A stretch of 64,000 nt of DNA, taken from positions 1,204,172 to 1,268,171 of the forward strand of contig JANJTC010000005.1 in the NCBI GenBank assembly GCA_024711325.1, read 5' to 3'. The notes beneath the pieces were generated by a model. The model had not been told where the DNA came from. It did no database searches and worked only from the letters and a program-made list of their open reading frames with translations. Below are positions 46,327 through 55,763 of this stretch, one piece after another (position 1 is the stretch's first letter; each line of letters starts with the position of its first letter). The position numbers and the translations under genes were made by a program. The DNA is from Bacteriovoracaceae bacterium (GTDB lineage: Bacteria; Bdellovibrionota; Bacteriovoracia; Bacteriovoracales; Bacteriovoracaceae).

Positions 46327-46718
46327 TTTTCAAAAGTCTGGTTACGATTTCCAAAACGAGTGTTGAGCTGGTCAATGTCGTCATTGTCAAAGTTCATGAG
46401 CTCGGCCACATAATCGGCTTCATTTAAAGAAAAGAGACGGAAAATTTTCAGAAATTCAGGTTTTACATTGGAGAGGCTGACATTTGCCTTGCGGCCTTCT
46501 TTAATAAACTTAACTGTTTCCACGAAATGACAGATTCCTGAGGAACCAACAAAGTCGATGGCACCCAAATCAATAGTGATTTGTGAGTTAGGATTTGAAT
46601 TGGCTATATTTTGCAGCTCATTTCTTAGGGGAAGTGAATGATCGTAGTTTAAATCCCCCTGCATATGAACGATAATGTTTCCATTAGCGTCTCGTAGAAC
46701 ATTGGCCTTCATACTCAT
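46323..46718 (-). CDS. STAS-domain protein (anti-sigma-factor-antagonist-like)
   Basis: ITIDLGAIDFVGSSGICHF block, with an aaggag SD before the ATG at 46718. Confidence 0.7.
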   Translation of the reverse strand: MSMKANVLRDANGNIIVHMQGDLNYDHSLPLRNELQNIANSNPNSQITIDLGAIDFVGSSGICHFVETVKFIKEGRKANVSLSNVKPEFLKIFRLFSLNEADYVAELMNFDNDDIDQLNTRFGNRNQTFEN

Positions 46719-46795
46719 GGGGTAGCTCCTTTTGGATGGTTCGGCGTTTCGCCAGTACTTCGTCATTTTAGCATGAGACTTAAAAGGGGTTTAGA

Positions 46796-47629
46796 GTGGG
46801 AAAAATCATTCTCTTAAATACACCAATCGGTAATTTGGGCGACCTGACGACCAGGGTTTCAGATGCCTTAAAGAACGGCACCCAGTTCGCCGTGGAAGAC
46901 ACTCGGGTATTCAAAGATCTTTTAAGTCATTTAGGCATCAGCCTGATTGGAAAAAGAATTGTTTCTTTGCATGACCAGTCTGAAAGCGGACAGGTTAACA
47001 AACTCATTGAGATGGCCCGTCATGAGGATCTTTATGTGGCCTCGGAAGCTGGCAGTCCAATTGTTTCTGATCCGGCCTATCCCTTAGTGGTTGCGGCCTA
47101 TGAAAATGACATTAAAGTAGAGGCCTACTCGGGTGTATCTTCTCCTATTATGGCCTTAGAGTTGTCAGGTCTTCCGCCCATTCCTTTTCAATTTCATGGT
47201 TTTCTCCCCCGCGAGAGTGGAAAGAGGGCCAAGATCTTTGCGGAAGTGGGTTATGGGACGCATATCTTTTTTGAGGCCCCCACCAGAGTTGAAGAAACCC
47301 TGGATGAACTGGCCGAGCTCAGACCGGAAGTAGAGTTGGCAATTGTTCGTGAACTGTCCAAGAAGTTTGAGCAAGTCATGAAGTTAAAAGCGGGTGAGTG
47401 GCCCCAGAAGAAAAAAGATATCAACTTTAAAGGGGAATTTGTTTTCCTCTTTCATAGCAAAGAATCCAAAAGCGGTCTTTCGGGAGAACTTAAAACTCTT
47501 GCCCAGGAAATAATGGATAGTGGGGCCACTCCAAAGCAACTCTCTAAACTTCTGGGAGTGATTCTTGACCGTCCAACTAAGGAAATTTACACCGAATTAA
47601 ATCGGCAAAAGAAGGGCACTCAGGAGTAG
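46796..47629 (+). CDS. rsmI: 16S rRNA (cytidine1402-2-prime-O)-methyltransferase
   Basis: LLNTPIGNLGDLTTR...AVEDTR tetrapyrrole-methylase-fold N-terminus. GTG start. Confidence 0.85.
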   Translation: MGKIILLNTPIGNLGDLTTRVSDALKNGTQFAVEDTRVFKDLLSHLGISLIGKRIVSLHDQSESGQVNKLIEMARHEDLYVASEAGSPIVSDPAYPLVVAAYENDIKVEAYSGVSSPIMALELSGLPPIPFQFHGFLPRESGKRAKIFAEVGYGTHIFFEAPTRVEETLDELAELRPEVELAIVRELSKKFEQVMKLKAGEWPQKKKDINFKGEFVFLFHSKESKSGLSGELKTLAQEIMDSGATPKQLSKLLGVILDRPTKEIYTELNRQKKGTQE

Positions 47630-47665
47630 TGGCTTGAGGAATATTTTTAAACACTTTACAATAAA

Positions 47666-48433
47666 ATGATGAAAATACAGGTTCTTGGTGGTCATGGTGG
47701 TTTGGCAAAAGGTTTTTCAACCACATCATTTTTGATCGATGAAAAACTTTTAATTGATGCTGGATCAGTCGCCGGGGCCCTGACAATTGAACAGCAAACA
47801 CAGATAGATCATATCTTGATTTCCCATTGTCATTTAGATCATATTAAAGACCTGGCCTTTATTTCTGATAACTGTTTTGGATTAAAGGGTAAACCTTTTG
47901 AGGTTTATACTCACAAGACAGTAAAAAAAATCATCAAGGATCATTTCTTAAACGATATTATCTGGCCCGATTTCACTTTATTACCAGATGATAAAAACCC
48001 GACCATGACCATTCATGCGGTGGATGAAGAAAAGAGCTTTCAGTTAGCAGATTATAAAATTACCCCCGTAAAAGTGAATCATGCTTACGATGCCATGGGC
48101 TTTATCATTGAAAAGGGTGAGATAAGTGTTCTTTTCACTCTCGACACAGGTCCAACCGATCGCATCTGGGAGCTGGCCTTGAAAGTTAAAAATTTAAAGG
48201 CCATTTTTACCGAAGTGAGTTTCCCCAATCATCTGAAAAAAGTCGCTGAAATTTCTGATCATCATACTCCTGAGTCCATCGAGCAAGAAATCACCAAGAT
48301 GCCTCCTGGGATTCCTATCATATTGACCCATTTAAAACCTAATTACCGTGATGTAATTTTGAAAGAAATGAAAGGCATCGGGCAGGGGCGGGTGAAGGTG
48401 CTGGAAAAAGACGGCGAAGTTTTTAACTTCTAA
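47666..48433 (+). CDS. metallo-beta-lactamase-fold protein resembling class II 3-prime,5-prime-cyclic-nucleotide phosphodiesterase
   Basis: HCHLDHIKDLAFISD closely matches the class II PDE signature HxHLDH. Confidence 0.65.
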   Translation: MMKIQVLGGHGGLAKGFSTTSFLIDEKLLIDAGSVAGALTIEQQTQIDHILISHCHLDHIKDLAFISDNCFGLKGKPFEVYTHKTVKKIIKDHFLNDIIWPDFTLLPDDKNPTMTIHAVDEEKSFQLADYKITPVKVNHAYDAMGFIIEKGEISVLFTLDTGPTDRIWELALKVKNLKAIFTEVSFPNHLKKVAEISDHHTPESIEQEITKMPPGIPIILTHLKPNYRDVILKEMKGIGQGRVKVLEKDGEVFNF

Positions 48434-48667
48434 ATTGTTCGCAGACAACTGAGGATTTTTTTATCCTATCTTACGTCGATTTTTCAAAGAGTTAGAATAC
48501 TTACGTTTTAGTAAAAGCTTAAAAATAAGTGGGTCAATTATAATTGATCCTTGAGACGGTCATAAGAATCCATATAAAAGACATAGGGTTTCTATTTTGA
48601 AATAGAAAGTGAATGTTCTTTAAGAATTTCAAGTGATTTTAAAATCCCCAGTTGTCTGCGAACAATT
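48433..48667. mobile_element. MITE-like non-autonomous element, copy 2
   Basis: The left TIR (48433-48456) is identical to that of copy 1, and the right TIR (48644-48667) matches 23/24. The right-hand roughly 90 bp is similar to copy 1 (about four-fifths identical by eye), while the centre has diverged. Confidence 0.7.
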
Positions 48668-50543
48668 ATTTGATTCCAACGGCGGATGTATCACTGCTTC
48701 CCCGGATGGGAGTCTGAGGTGCAGCATTTCCTGTGTTCCCACCATGGCCGGAAGCCTTAGCAGGTGCCTTCGCCAACATGTCAATTGTGGTACACTTTTC
48801 GAATTTCTTATCACCCTTGCTGATTTCACCGCAAACATCGTAGTTAACAGTTGAACGCGCTTGAGTGATCTCCAATTGATCCCGTGTTGCTTCTGTTGGT
48901 ACAGTCGTCTCTGGTACTTCTTCCGGTGTCTCTTCTTCTCCGGCCAGAGTGATTTCAGATTTTGGAGTGGTTTTTGAATCAGTCTTCCAGCCTTCAACTG
49001 GTTTGTAGTCACCGTTATTCTTAAAGAACCATCTGAAGGCCCAGCCTTGGTTAGGTTCACTGATGGTTGCTGTGACTTTATAGCTGAGTTTACCGTCTTC
49101 TTTCTTGGCCACTTCAAGAGTTGGAGGAGTCTCATCAATCACCGCTTCTTCTTTAGGCTTAGATTCGACAATACATTCTAAATTGACGTTCTCTGATCCA
49201 ACTGTTCCTGAAACTTTAAGGGTAACGGGCTCAGATGAGGAAACTTCTTTTGAGGCTTCTTTAAATTCAACTGCGGCACCTTCTGAATCAGTGACCTCAT
49301 ATTGACAAGATTGGGAGGCTTCTGCTTCACCTTCTTTAGTCTCTGAAGAGCTACAGGTTGCATTCTTACAAAGATATTCTTTCTTCTTCACCGGTTCTTC
49401 AACTTTAACTTCAGGTTTCTCAACAGGTGGTGTGACTTCAGCTTTTTTTACCGGAACGCCACCGCAGAACTTAGTGTATTCTTCCGGAGTATTCGACTGA
49501 ATGTTGATGACAAAATTTTTGTAATAATCTCTGATCTGTGAAGGTGAAGAAGTCGAGCGGTCAAACTTATCTTTAGCATAGTCTCTGATCTTTTCAAACA
49601 CCGTGGTATCCATCGCAAATTTAGGATCTTCACAGATGGTGGTTTCGGCCATCATTTCCATCATCCCATAGCAGGTTTGATGGGGTTGCATGTACTTGAG
49701 GTAATCCTTGTTGATATTGTTTTTCGGATCAACACAAATACATGATTTAAAAATGAGCTGCTGAACACTTTGATAGATCTCTGGTTTTTCAGAGAGTGCC
49801 TTTCTTAAATAACTAAGTCTGCTTTCGACTGAATCCTGATCAGGAGAGGATTTCTCTTCAAGCGCCGCTCTCATGCAATACAAAGATGAGTTATCGGCCT
49901 GATTCACTCCTGAAGAGCTTACTCCGGCATCAACACAGAAGAGAGTGTTGTCGGATTGTTTTTTATAGCCAAAAACCACTGGATTACAGGTGATTTTATT
50001 TTTTCCCATGCAGTTCTTGGCGGAAGCATAAGCGAGGGTTTCTGCCGGATAACTTGTGGCCGGAATTCCGTCATTTATATGATTGGGATGAATACATAAA
50101 GATCTTTTCGTTGTGGAGCCGTCAGCAAGCTTAACACCCTTAAGCGACATGCGTGAAATCCAGCCACCATAGATGCACATTTCTGGTTTTTTCAAAAGAT
50201 TATTAAAGTCATTGGCAATGCCTGCAAAATCCTTGGCCGATCTGGTAGTCGGAAGTGCTAAGGGTTTGACCTCAGCGGAATGTGCCGACGAGATGAGGAG
50301 GGATTTGAGTTCATTTAAAATTTTTGAATAACGACGTAATTTTTCCTGATCAGGGTTTTGGGAGACAAGTTCTTTTTCATACTTGGACTCAAGCTCCACC
50401 ACCATTTCCATAGTCTTGATAATGAAGGCATTCTTTTGAGTATCTGACTGATGAACAAATTCCGCATGAGTATAGAGAGTTCGCGCTGACGAACTAAAAC
50501 TCATTAAGCTTATGCTAATAATTAACAGCGAAATTTTGAACAT
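48666..50543 (-). CDS. secreted 625-aa Cys-rich hypothetical protein
   Basis: Signal peptide MFKISLLIISISLMSFSSSA and a P/E/K/V-rich linker. No recognisable domain. Confidence 0.6.
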   Translation of the reverse strand: MFKISLLIISISLMSFSSSARTLYTHAEFVHQSDTQKNAFIIKTMEMVVELESKYEKELVSQNPDQEKLRRYSKILNELKSLLISSAHSAEVKPLALPTTRSAKDFAGIANDFNNLLKKPEMCIYGGWISRMSLKGVKLADGSTTKRSLCIHPNHINDGIPATSYPAETLAYASAKNCMGKNKITCNPVVFGYKKQSDNTLFCVDAGVSSSGVNQADNSSLYCMRAALEEKSSPDQDSVESRLSYLRKALSEKPEIYQSVQQLIFKSCICVDPKNNINKDYLKYMQPHQTCYGMMEMMAETTICEDPKFAMDTTVFEKIRDYAKDKFDRSTSSPSQIRDYYKNFVINIQSNTPEEYTKFCGGVPVKKAEVTPPVEKPEVKVEEPVKKKEYLCKNATCSSSETKEGEAEASQSCQYEVTDSEGAAVEFKEASKEVSSSEPVTLKVSGTVGSENVNLECIVESKPKEEAVIDETPPTLEVAKKEDGKLSYKVTATISEPNQGWAFRWFFKNNGDYKPVEGWKTDSKTTPKSEITLAGEEETPEEVPETTVPTEATRDQLEITQARSTVNYDVCGEISKGDKKFEKCTTIDMLAKAPAKASGHGGNTGNAAPQTPIRGSSDTSAVGIK

Positions 50544-50801
50544 GGTCCTACCTTAGGGAACTTATCGGAAACTCCTGCCATTTCCTTTATTTTAGATTAA
50601 ACGCTAACTGCTTTGCCGTAGGATCAAATTGATGAATCTAATACAGGAAAGAGTGATATTAGAGACTTGGAGCGACTAAATGAATAAAGTAAAGGTCTCA
50701 GGGAGATTCCTTTGCCCAATGAAAATGGCATTTTCCTTCTCAAACCCTTAATTTTCGGTCTAAGATGGTTTTTTTAAATTTACAAAAATGGAAGGGTTAC
50801 A

Positions 50802-51650
50802 ATGGGCTGGTTTCATCAGGTCAAAAATCCAAAGTTAAAAAACGTTAAAAAACTTGTTTCAAACACTCCAGTAGGATTATGGAAAAAATGTAATCAGTGC
50901 GGTGAAATACTTCAAACTGAGAAGCTTGAAGAAAACCTGAACGTTTGTCCGGTTTGTGATTACCACTACCGGATTTCTGCTTATGAGCGAATTGCGGTCA
51001 TGACAGATGAGAACAGTTTTGAAGAGATCAGTCCTGATCTCATTTCTAATAATCCTCTTCAGTTCCAGGATAAATTGCCTTACGTTCAAAGACTCCAGAA
51101 CGCCATCAAGACAACTGGAATTAAAGATACAACAGTTTGCGGCACGGCCACGATTGATGGAAAACCAGTGGCCATGGCCGTTATGGATTTTCGTTTCATG
51201 GGTGGCTCGATGGGAGTTGTCACTGGAGAGAAGGTCGCTCTGGCGATGGATATTGGATACGATAAAAAAATTCCTGTCATTGTTGTGTCCTGTTCCGGTG
51301 GTGCCCGGATGCAAGAAGGAATTCTCTCGCTTATGCAAATGGCCAAGACTTCGGCCTCAAGATCACGCTTAAAAAATGCCGGAATCCCTTATATCTCTAT
51401 GCTGACAGATCCAACTACTGGCGGTGTGGCCGCTAGCTTCGCTATGCTGGGGGATCTTAATATTTCTGAGCCTAAGGCATTGATTGGCTTTGCTGGCCCT
51501 CGAGTTATTGAACAATCAATCCGTCAGACTTTACCGGAAGGCTTCCAGCGTTCTGAGTTTTTAAGAGATCATGGATTCATTGACCGAATCATTCACAGAA
51601 AAGATCTTAAAAAAGAGCTAAGTTTTTTTGTTAAAATGTTTACTCCGTAA
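50802..51650 (+). CDS. accD: acetyl-CoA carboxylase carboxyltransferase beta subunit
   Basis: Zinc ribbon CNQCGEILQTEKLEENLNVCPVCDYH and the GGSMG and GGARMQEG blocks. Confidence 0.93.
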   Translation: MGWFHQVKNPKLKNVKKLVSNTPVGLWKKCNQCGEILQTEKLEENLNVCPVCDYHYRISAYERIAVMTDENSFEEISPDLISNNPLQFQDKLPYVQRLQNAIKTTGIKDTTVCGTATIDGKPVAMAVMDFRFMGGSMGVVTGEKVALAMDIGYDKKIPVIVVSCSGGARMQEGILSLMQMAKTSASRSRLKNAGIPYISMLTDPTTGGVAASFAMLGDLNISEPKALIGFAGPRVIEQSIRQTLPEGFQRSEFLRDHGFIDRIIHRKDLKKELSFFVKMFTP

Positions 51651-51653
51651 CTC

Positions 51654-52832
51654 ATGCAAGAACTTCTTGATTGGCTCCTGACCCATTACGGTCAGGAGTA
51701 TATGCGCCCGGGCCTTGACCGAATAAGAAAGGCCCTTAATAAAATTCTTCCCGAATTTCATCAAACTAAAATAGTGATCATTGCCGGAACTAACGGCAAG
51801 GGCGAAACGACACTCAGACTTTCAAAACACCTTGAGAGTCATTCTCATTGTGTCTGGACATCACCCCACATTGAAAGGATTACCGAAAGATTCCGAAATG
51901 AATGCGGTGAAATTGATCTTGATGAATTAAAAAGTGTGATCCATGAATGTCATGAGGCCGTTTTAGACGAGAAGCTTGAATTGTCATTTTATGAATTTTT
52001 ATTCTTTGCTTTTTGTAAATGGGCCTCAAAAAATCCCCCTGAATATTTATTACTGGAAGTAGGTTTGGGTGGGAAACTAGATGCTGTGAATGTTTTTGAT
52101 GCTGACTTAGTTTTACTGCCTTCCATCTCAAGGGATCACCAGGAATTATTGGGCAAAAGGCTTGATCAGATTCTTGGTGAAAAGCTGGGAACACTGAGAT
52201 CCAAATCTCTTCTCATTCATTTTCTAGAGAGTCAGTATCTATGCGAGAAGGCCCAGAGGGAAGCTCAAGCAGTAGGGGCAAAAGTTATTTCATTGAAAAA
52301 TGAGATTAATTTACCGGATTATGAGTTTTCTCTTCGAAATGAAGTATTAGCAGGTGCAGCATATTGCCAACTATTGAATAAAAATTTTATCCCACAGGAG
52401 TGGGCAAAGGCAGTTTCCTTTCTTGCTCATAGAGGCGAAGTCAGAAAGAATACTCATGAGTGGATTTTCTTTGGCTCTCATAATGTTGATGGGATGAGAA
52501 AACTTATTCAATTTTTACACTCTGGGACTTATAATTTTTCCAGACCTCCATATGACCTGGTGATTATGGCCTTTTCGAAGAGAAATCTTTCGGATCTTCG
52601 TGCTATGTTGAAAATGGTCAGGAAGGCCGGAATAGGTAAGGTTGTTGTAACAACTTTTGATCATCCTAAGGCCATGCCTGCAGAAATTATGGAAGCTCTA
52701 TCTCATGAAGAAGGGTTAGAATTTGTTCAAGATATCGTTTCACATGTTCAAGGACAGAACAAAAATCAGCGTATACTGGTTACTGGTTCTTATTATTTTA
52801 TTGGTTCCTTTTCAAAACTCCTCGGCAGCTGA
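51654..52832 (+). CDS. folC: folylpolyglutamate synthase / dihydrofolate synthase
   Basis: IAGTNGKGET P-loop, and the conserved accD-folC order. Confidence 0.85.
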   Translation: MQELLDWLLTHYGQEYMRPGLDRIRKALNKILPEFHQTKIVIIAGTNGKGETTLRLSKHLESHSHCVWTSPHIERITERFRNECGEIDLDELKSVIHECHEAVLDEKLELSFYEFLFFAFCKWASKNPPEYLLLEVGLGGKLDAVNVFDADLVLLPSISRDHQELLGKRLDQILGEKLGTLRSKSLLIHFLESQYLCEKAQREAQAVGAKVISLKNEINLPDYEFSLRNEVLAGAAYCQLLNKNFIPQEWAKAVSFLAHRGEVRKNTHEWIFFGSHNVDGMRKLIQFLHSGTYNFSRPPYDLVIMAFSKRNLSDLRAMLKMVRKAGIGKVVVTTFDHPKAMPAEIMEALSHEEGLEFVQDIVSHVQGQNKNQRILVTGSYYFIGSFSKLLGS

Positions 52833-55200
52833 CACTCCTCAATTTACATTAGGTGATAAAATTTCAGTTTTTTCTGATAAGGCCTATCGAAAGAACAACG
52901 GCCGTTATTTTGAAGCAGTCGGAAATGTCGTCATCATCAGCCAAAAAGATACTGTCTATGGAGAGCTGGCCTCGCTTGATCAGGAAAATATGATGGTGAA
53001 GATTGAAGGCAACGTGCGCTTCATCACCAAAGATATGACTCTTTATGGCTCACATGTTGAATACAATTTAAACACTGGGGCCGCTACCATTAAGAATGCA
53101 CGGATTCTGACTTCGGCCTTTAATCTGGTGGCAACTGAACTCATTCGGGTAAATGAAAATGAGTATCTGGCCGAAGAAGCTGAATTCACAACCTGCAAAG
53201 ATTGTGCTGAATCATGGTCTGTATATGGAAAATTCATTAAGATTCAAGTTGGTCAATACGTTCAAATTAAACACGGCCTTTTCAAGATTAAAGGTGTCGA
53301 TGTCATTTATATTCCTTATCTGATCTTGCCCATTTTGACCGAGAGGAAAACCGGACTCTTGATACCGCGTATTTCAAGTCGCCAGGGAGAAGGGATGTCC
53401 TTTGAACAGCCTTTTTTCTGGGCGATTAATGAGCATAAAGATATGACGATTAGCCCTACATTCTGGGCGGAAAGAGGATACGGAGGGGACTTCCAATACC
53501 GTCAACGCTTCTCTGAAATGTCCTGGTTTGAAACCAATAACCGTCTGGTCAATGACACTATATATGAGCCCGGTAAAAATAATGAAGATAAGTCAGGCGA
53601 GGAATTTTTCCGCTACTTTGCAGAATTAGAACATCATCAGTTCTGGTCTCCGGACCTGGGATCACATCTTCGTTACACTGGTGTCAGGGATCTGGATATG
53701 ATGCTGAGTAATCCTCAGTTTACGGATCCAAAAGTTCTGGGAAGTGATCTGGGATTTGATGGATTCGTTAACTGGAGACAAGATCTCTTCAGTATCGGTA
53801 GTGATGCTCATTATTTACGTAATCAGCTTTATTCTGATCCAATTGAATTTGACCGCTCATATGTGCAGGTCATGCCGAGGCTGAATTTTAATACAGTTCC
53901 TTACTCCGTTCTACAGAGCAAGACTCCTTTCTTCCAGCATATGGCCATTGGGGGAGATGGATCTTTTTCACGCTTTCGTCAGGTCGATGAAAACGATGCC
54001 AACTTCATTAGAAATGCGGATCGTTTATCATTTCAGCCTTATGTGATGTGGCACCTGTTAACCTGGGGGCCGGTTGGTTTAAAAACCCGATACACTTTCG
54101 ATCAACAATCTTATCGGTTTTCAGACAAGGATGAGCCTGGTTTTGGTAAAAATGCCGGTTTATTCCGGACTGAAATCAGCTTCACGATGGATAAGATTTT
54201 TGGTCTGGCCTATGAAGAGAAGATTCCCCTTAAATATATTTCGGAGAGTGATTTAAAGGCCCTGAGGGAAGAACGTAAGCAGGGACTCGCTCCCATTCAG
54301 CAATCAGTTAAAGAGAATCGTCTGGTGGGAGATATTCCGGAGTTTGAATCCTCTTTGGCCAAGGAAAATATTCTTCAGATCAGAAATAGTTACCGACATT
54401 CCCAAGAATTTAAATTCATCCATCATTATGTTTCTTCAGAAAGTGAGTATGGGAATAAACGTTATTTGAATCAGATTAGAAATAGTCAGCAAGGTCAGTT
54501 TGATTACGAAGATGCTATCAGGTCTGAAGAATTTCTGTTCGGTGCTAATACTACCAGAACAATCGTGCCTCCAGAGAATACCCTTGAACTCCAATGGAAT
54601 AATACGCTCATTCGAAAGACCCCTAAAGCTTTTAGCTACCTGGTGGATGATAAATATCTCAGGGATAATTTTAATTATCAAAGAATCGGGTATTTTAATG
54701 TCTCCCAAGGTTACCTCCTGAATCAGGATGAGCAGGAAGAAGATGATTTTAGGAAACAACTGACAAGACTAATGCTCGAAGCTGGTTATTCTGGAGACCG
54801 ATGGCATGTTAACTTACAAGAGTTCTACTTCCATTATGAGAATGAAAATATTTTCACCCTGAATTTTACCCGGCGTTTTGAGTACCTGAACTTATTTTCT
54901 AATTATAACTATAATTCTTTTAATTCTTCTAATTTGAACACTCTTTCATTTGGTGGCCAGGTAAGGCCAACTGATGTTTTGGGACTGGCCATGGTAAAAG
55001 ACATGGATCTTGAGGCAGGCAGCAACATCAGGACCGTTTACTCGCTGGATATCATGCCTCATAACAATTGCTGGATACTGAATTTAAATTATTCTGATCG
55101 TTTGGTTGAGTCTCGTTATTCCTTCAATGTAATCTTTAACTTTGGTGATGAGAGCTTTGAGCGTTACCGGAATGATTATTTCGGAGTGAAAAGATTGTGA
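52723..55200 (+). CDS. lptD: LPS-assembly outer-membrane protein LptD
   Basis: Signal peptide, an OstA-like N-terminal domain (VFSDKAYRKNNGRYFEAVGNVVI...GNVRFITKDMTLYGSHVEYN) and a long barrel. The start is the TTG at 52723 or the ATG at 52744, both inside folC. Confidence 0.8.
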   Translation: MFKISFHMFKDRTKISVYWLLVLIILLVPFQNSSAADTPQFTLGDKISVFSDKAYRKNNGRYFEAVGNVVIISQKDTVYGELASLDQENMMVKIEGNVRFITKDMTLYGSHVEYNLNTGAATIKNARILTSAFNLVATELIRVNENEYLAEEAEFTTCKDCAESWSVYGKFIKIQVGQYVQIKHGLFKIKGVDVIYIPYLILPILTERKTGLLIPRISSRQGEGMSFEQPFFWAINEHKDMTISPTFWAERGYGGDFQYRQRFSEMSWFETNNRLVNDTIYEPGKNNEDKSGEEFFRYFAELEHHQFWSPDLGSHLRYTGVRDLDMMLSNPQFTDPKVLGSDLGFDGFVNWRQDLFSIGSDAHYLRNQLYSDPIEFDRSYVQVMPRLNFNTVPYSVLQSKTPFFQHMAIGGDGSFSRFRQVDENDANFIRNADRLSFQPYVMWHLLTWGPVGLKTRYTFDQQSYRFSDKDEPGFGKNAGLFRTEISFTMDKIFGLAYEEKIPLKYISESDLKALREERKQGLAPIQQSVKENRLVGDIPEFESSLAKENILQIRNSYRHSQEFKFIHHYVSSESEYGNKRYLNQIRNSQQGQFDYEDAIRSEEFLFGANTTRTIVPPENTLELQWNNTLIRKTPKAFSYLVDDKYLRDNFNYQRIGYFNVSQGYLLNQDEQEEDDFRKQLTRLMLEAGYSGDRWHVNLQEFYFHYENENIFTLNFTRRFEYLNLFSNYNYNSFNSSNLNTLSFGGQVRPTDVLGLAMVKDMDLEAGSNIRTVYSLDIMPHNNCWILNLNYSDRLVESRYSFNVIFNFGDESFERYRNDYFGVKRL

Positions 55201-55763
55201 TGGATGCAACTTTTATCGATTTTGAAGATAGCTTTTCTTTCAATGTGGTTCAAGCTTTAACTGAAATAGGTTTTAAGGTCAAAGTGATCTCCTGGAGAGA
55301 CTATGACAAGAATCCTTCAAGCGGACTTTTAGTATTGGGACCGGGGCCGGGACATCCTGATGATTATCAGCAGTTGTTCCCATTAATTACTTCCTGGCTC
55401 TCCCAGAAACGTCCCTTATTCGGAGTTTGCCTTGGCCATCAAATTTTCTGGCGGCTGCAAAATGAAGAAGTCATCAGGTCAAAAGAGCCCCTTCATGGCC
55501 AAAAAATTAAGCTGGAATTAACAGGTGAGTGGAGGGAATGGTTAAAAATTAAAGGGGATGTTTTTGTTCAACGCTATAATTCTTTGACTGTGCTAAGTCA
55601 GGCAGGCCTTCGAAACCCCTATATTCACAACTTTATCCAGAATGATGAAATTCTCATTAGTCGAACACCACATGTCATAACTTATCAATTTCATCCAGAA
55701 TCCATAGGAACAAGTTTCCGAAAAGAGTTTATGTCTGGGCTCTATAGTATAATGACCGAATGA
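55197..55763 (+). CDS. class I glutamine amidotransferase (TrpG/PabA type)
   Basis: LFGVCLGHQ nucleophile elbow and YQFHPES. Confidence 0.8.
   Translation: MMDATFIDFEDSFSFNVVQALTEIGFKVKVISWRDYDKNPSSGLLVLGPGPGHPDDYQQLFPLITSWLSQKRPLFGVCLGHQIFWRLQNEEVIRSKEPLHGQKIKLELTGEWREWLKIKGDVFVQRYNSLTVLSQAGLRNPYIHNFIQNDEILISRTPHVITYQFHPESIGTSFRKEFMSGLYSIMTE

Noticed and set aside
48629-49138. 169-aa minus-strand ORF in an alternative frame of the 625-aa gene.
   Set aside because: It overlaps the longer ORF that carries a signal peptide and runs into the MITE. Its composition (K/R/Q-rich) is typical of an off-frame translation.
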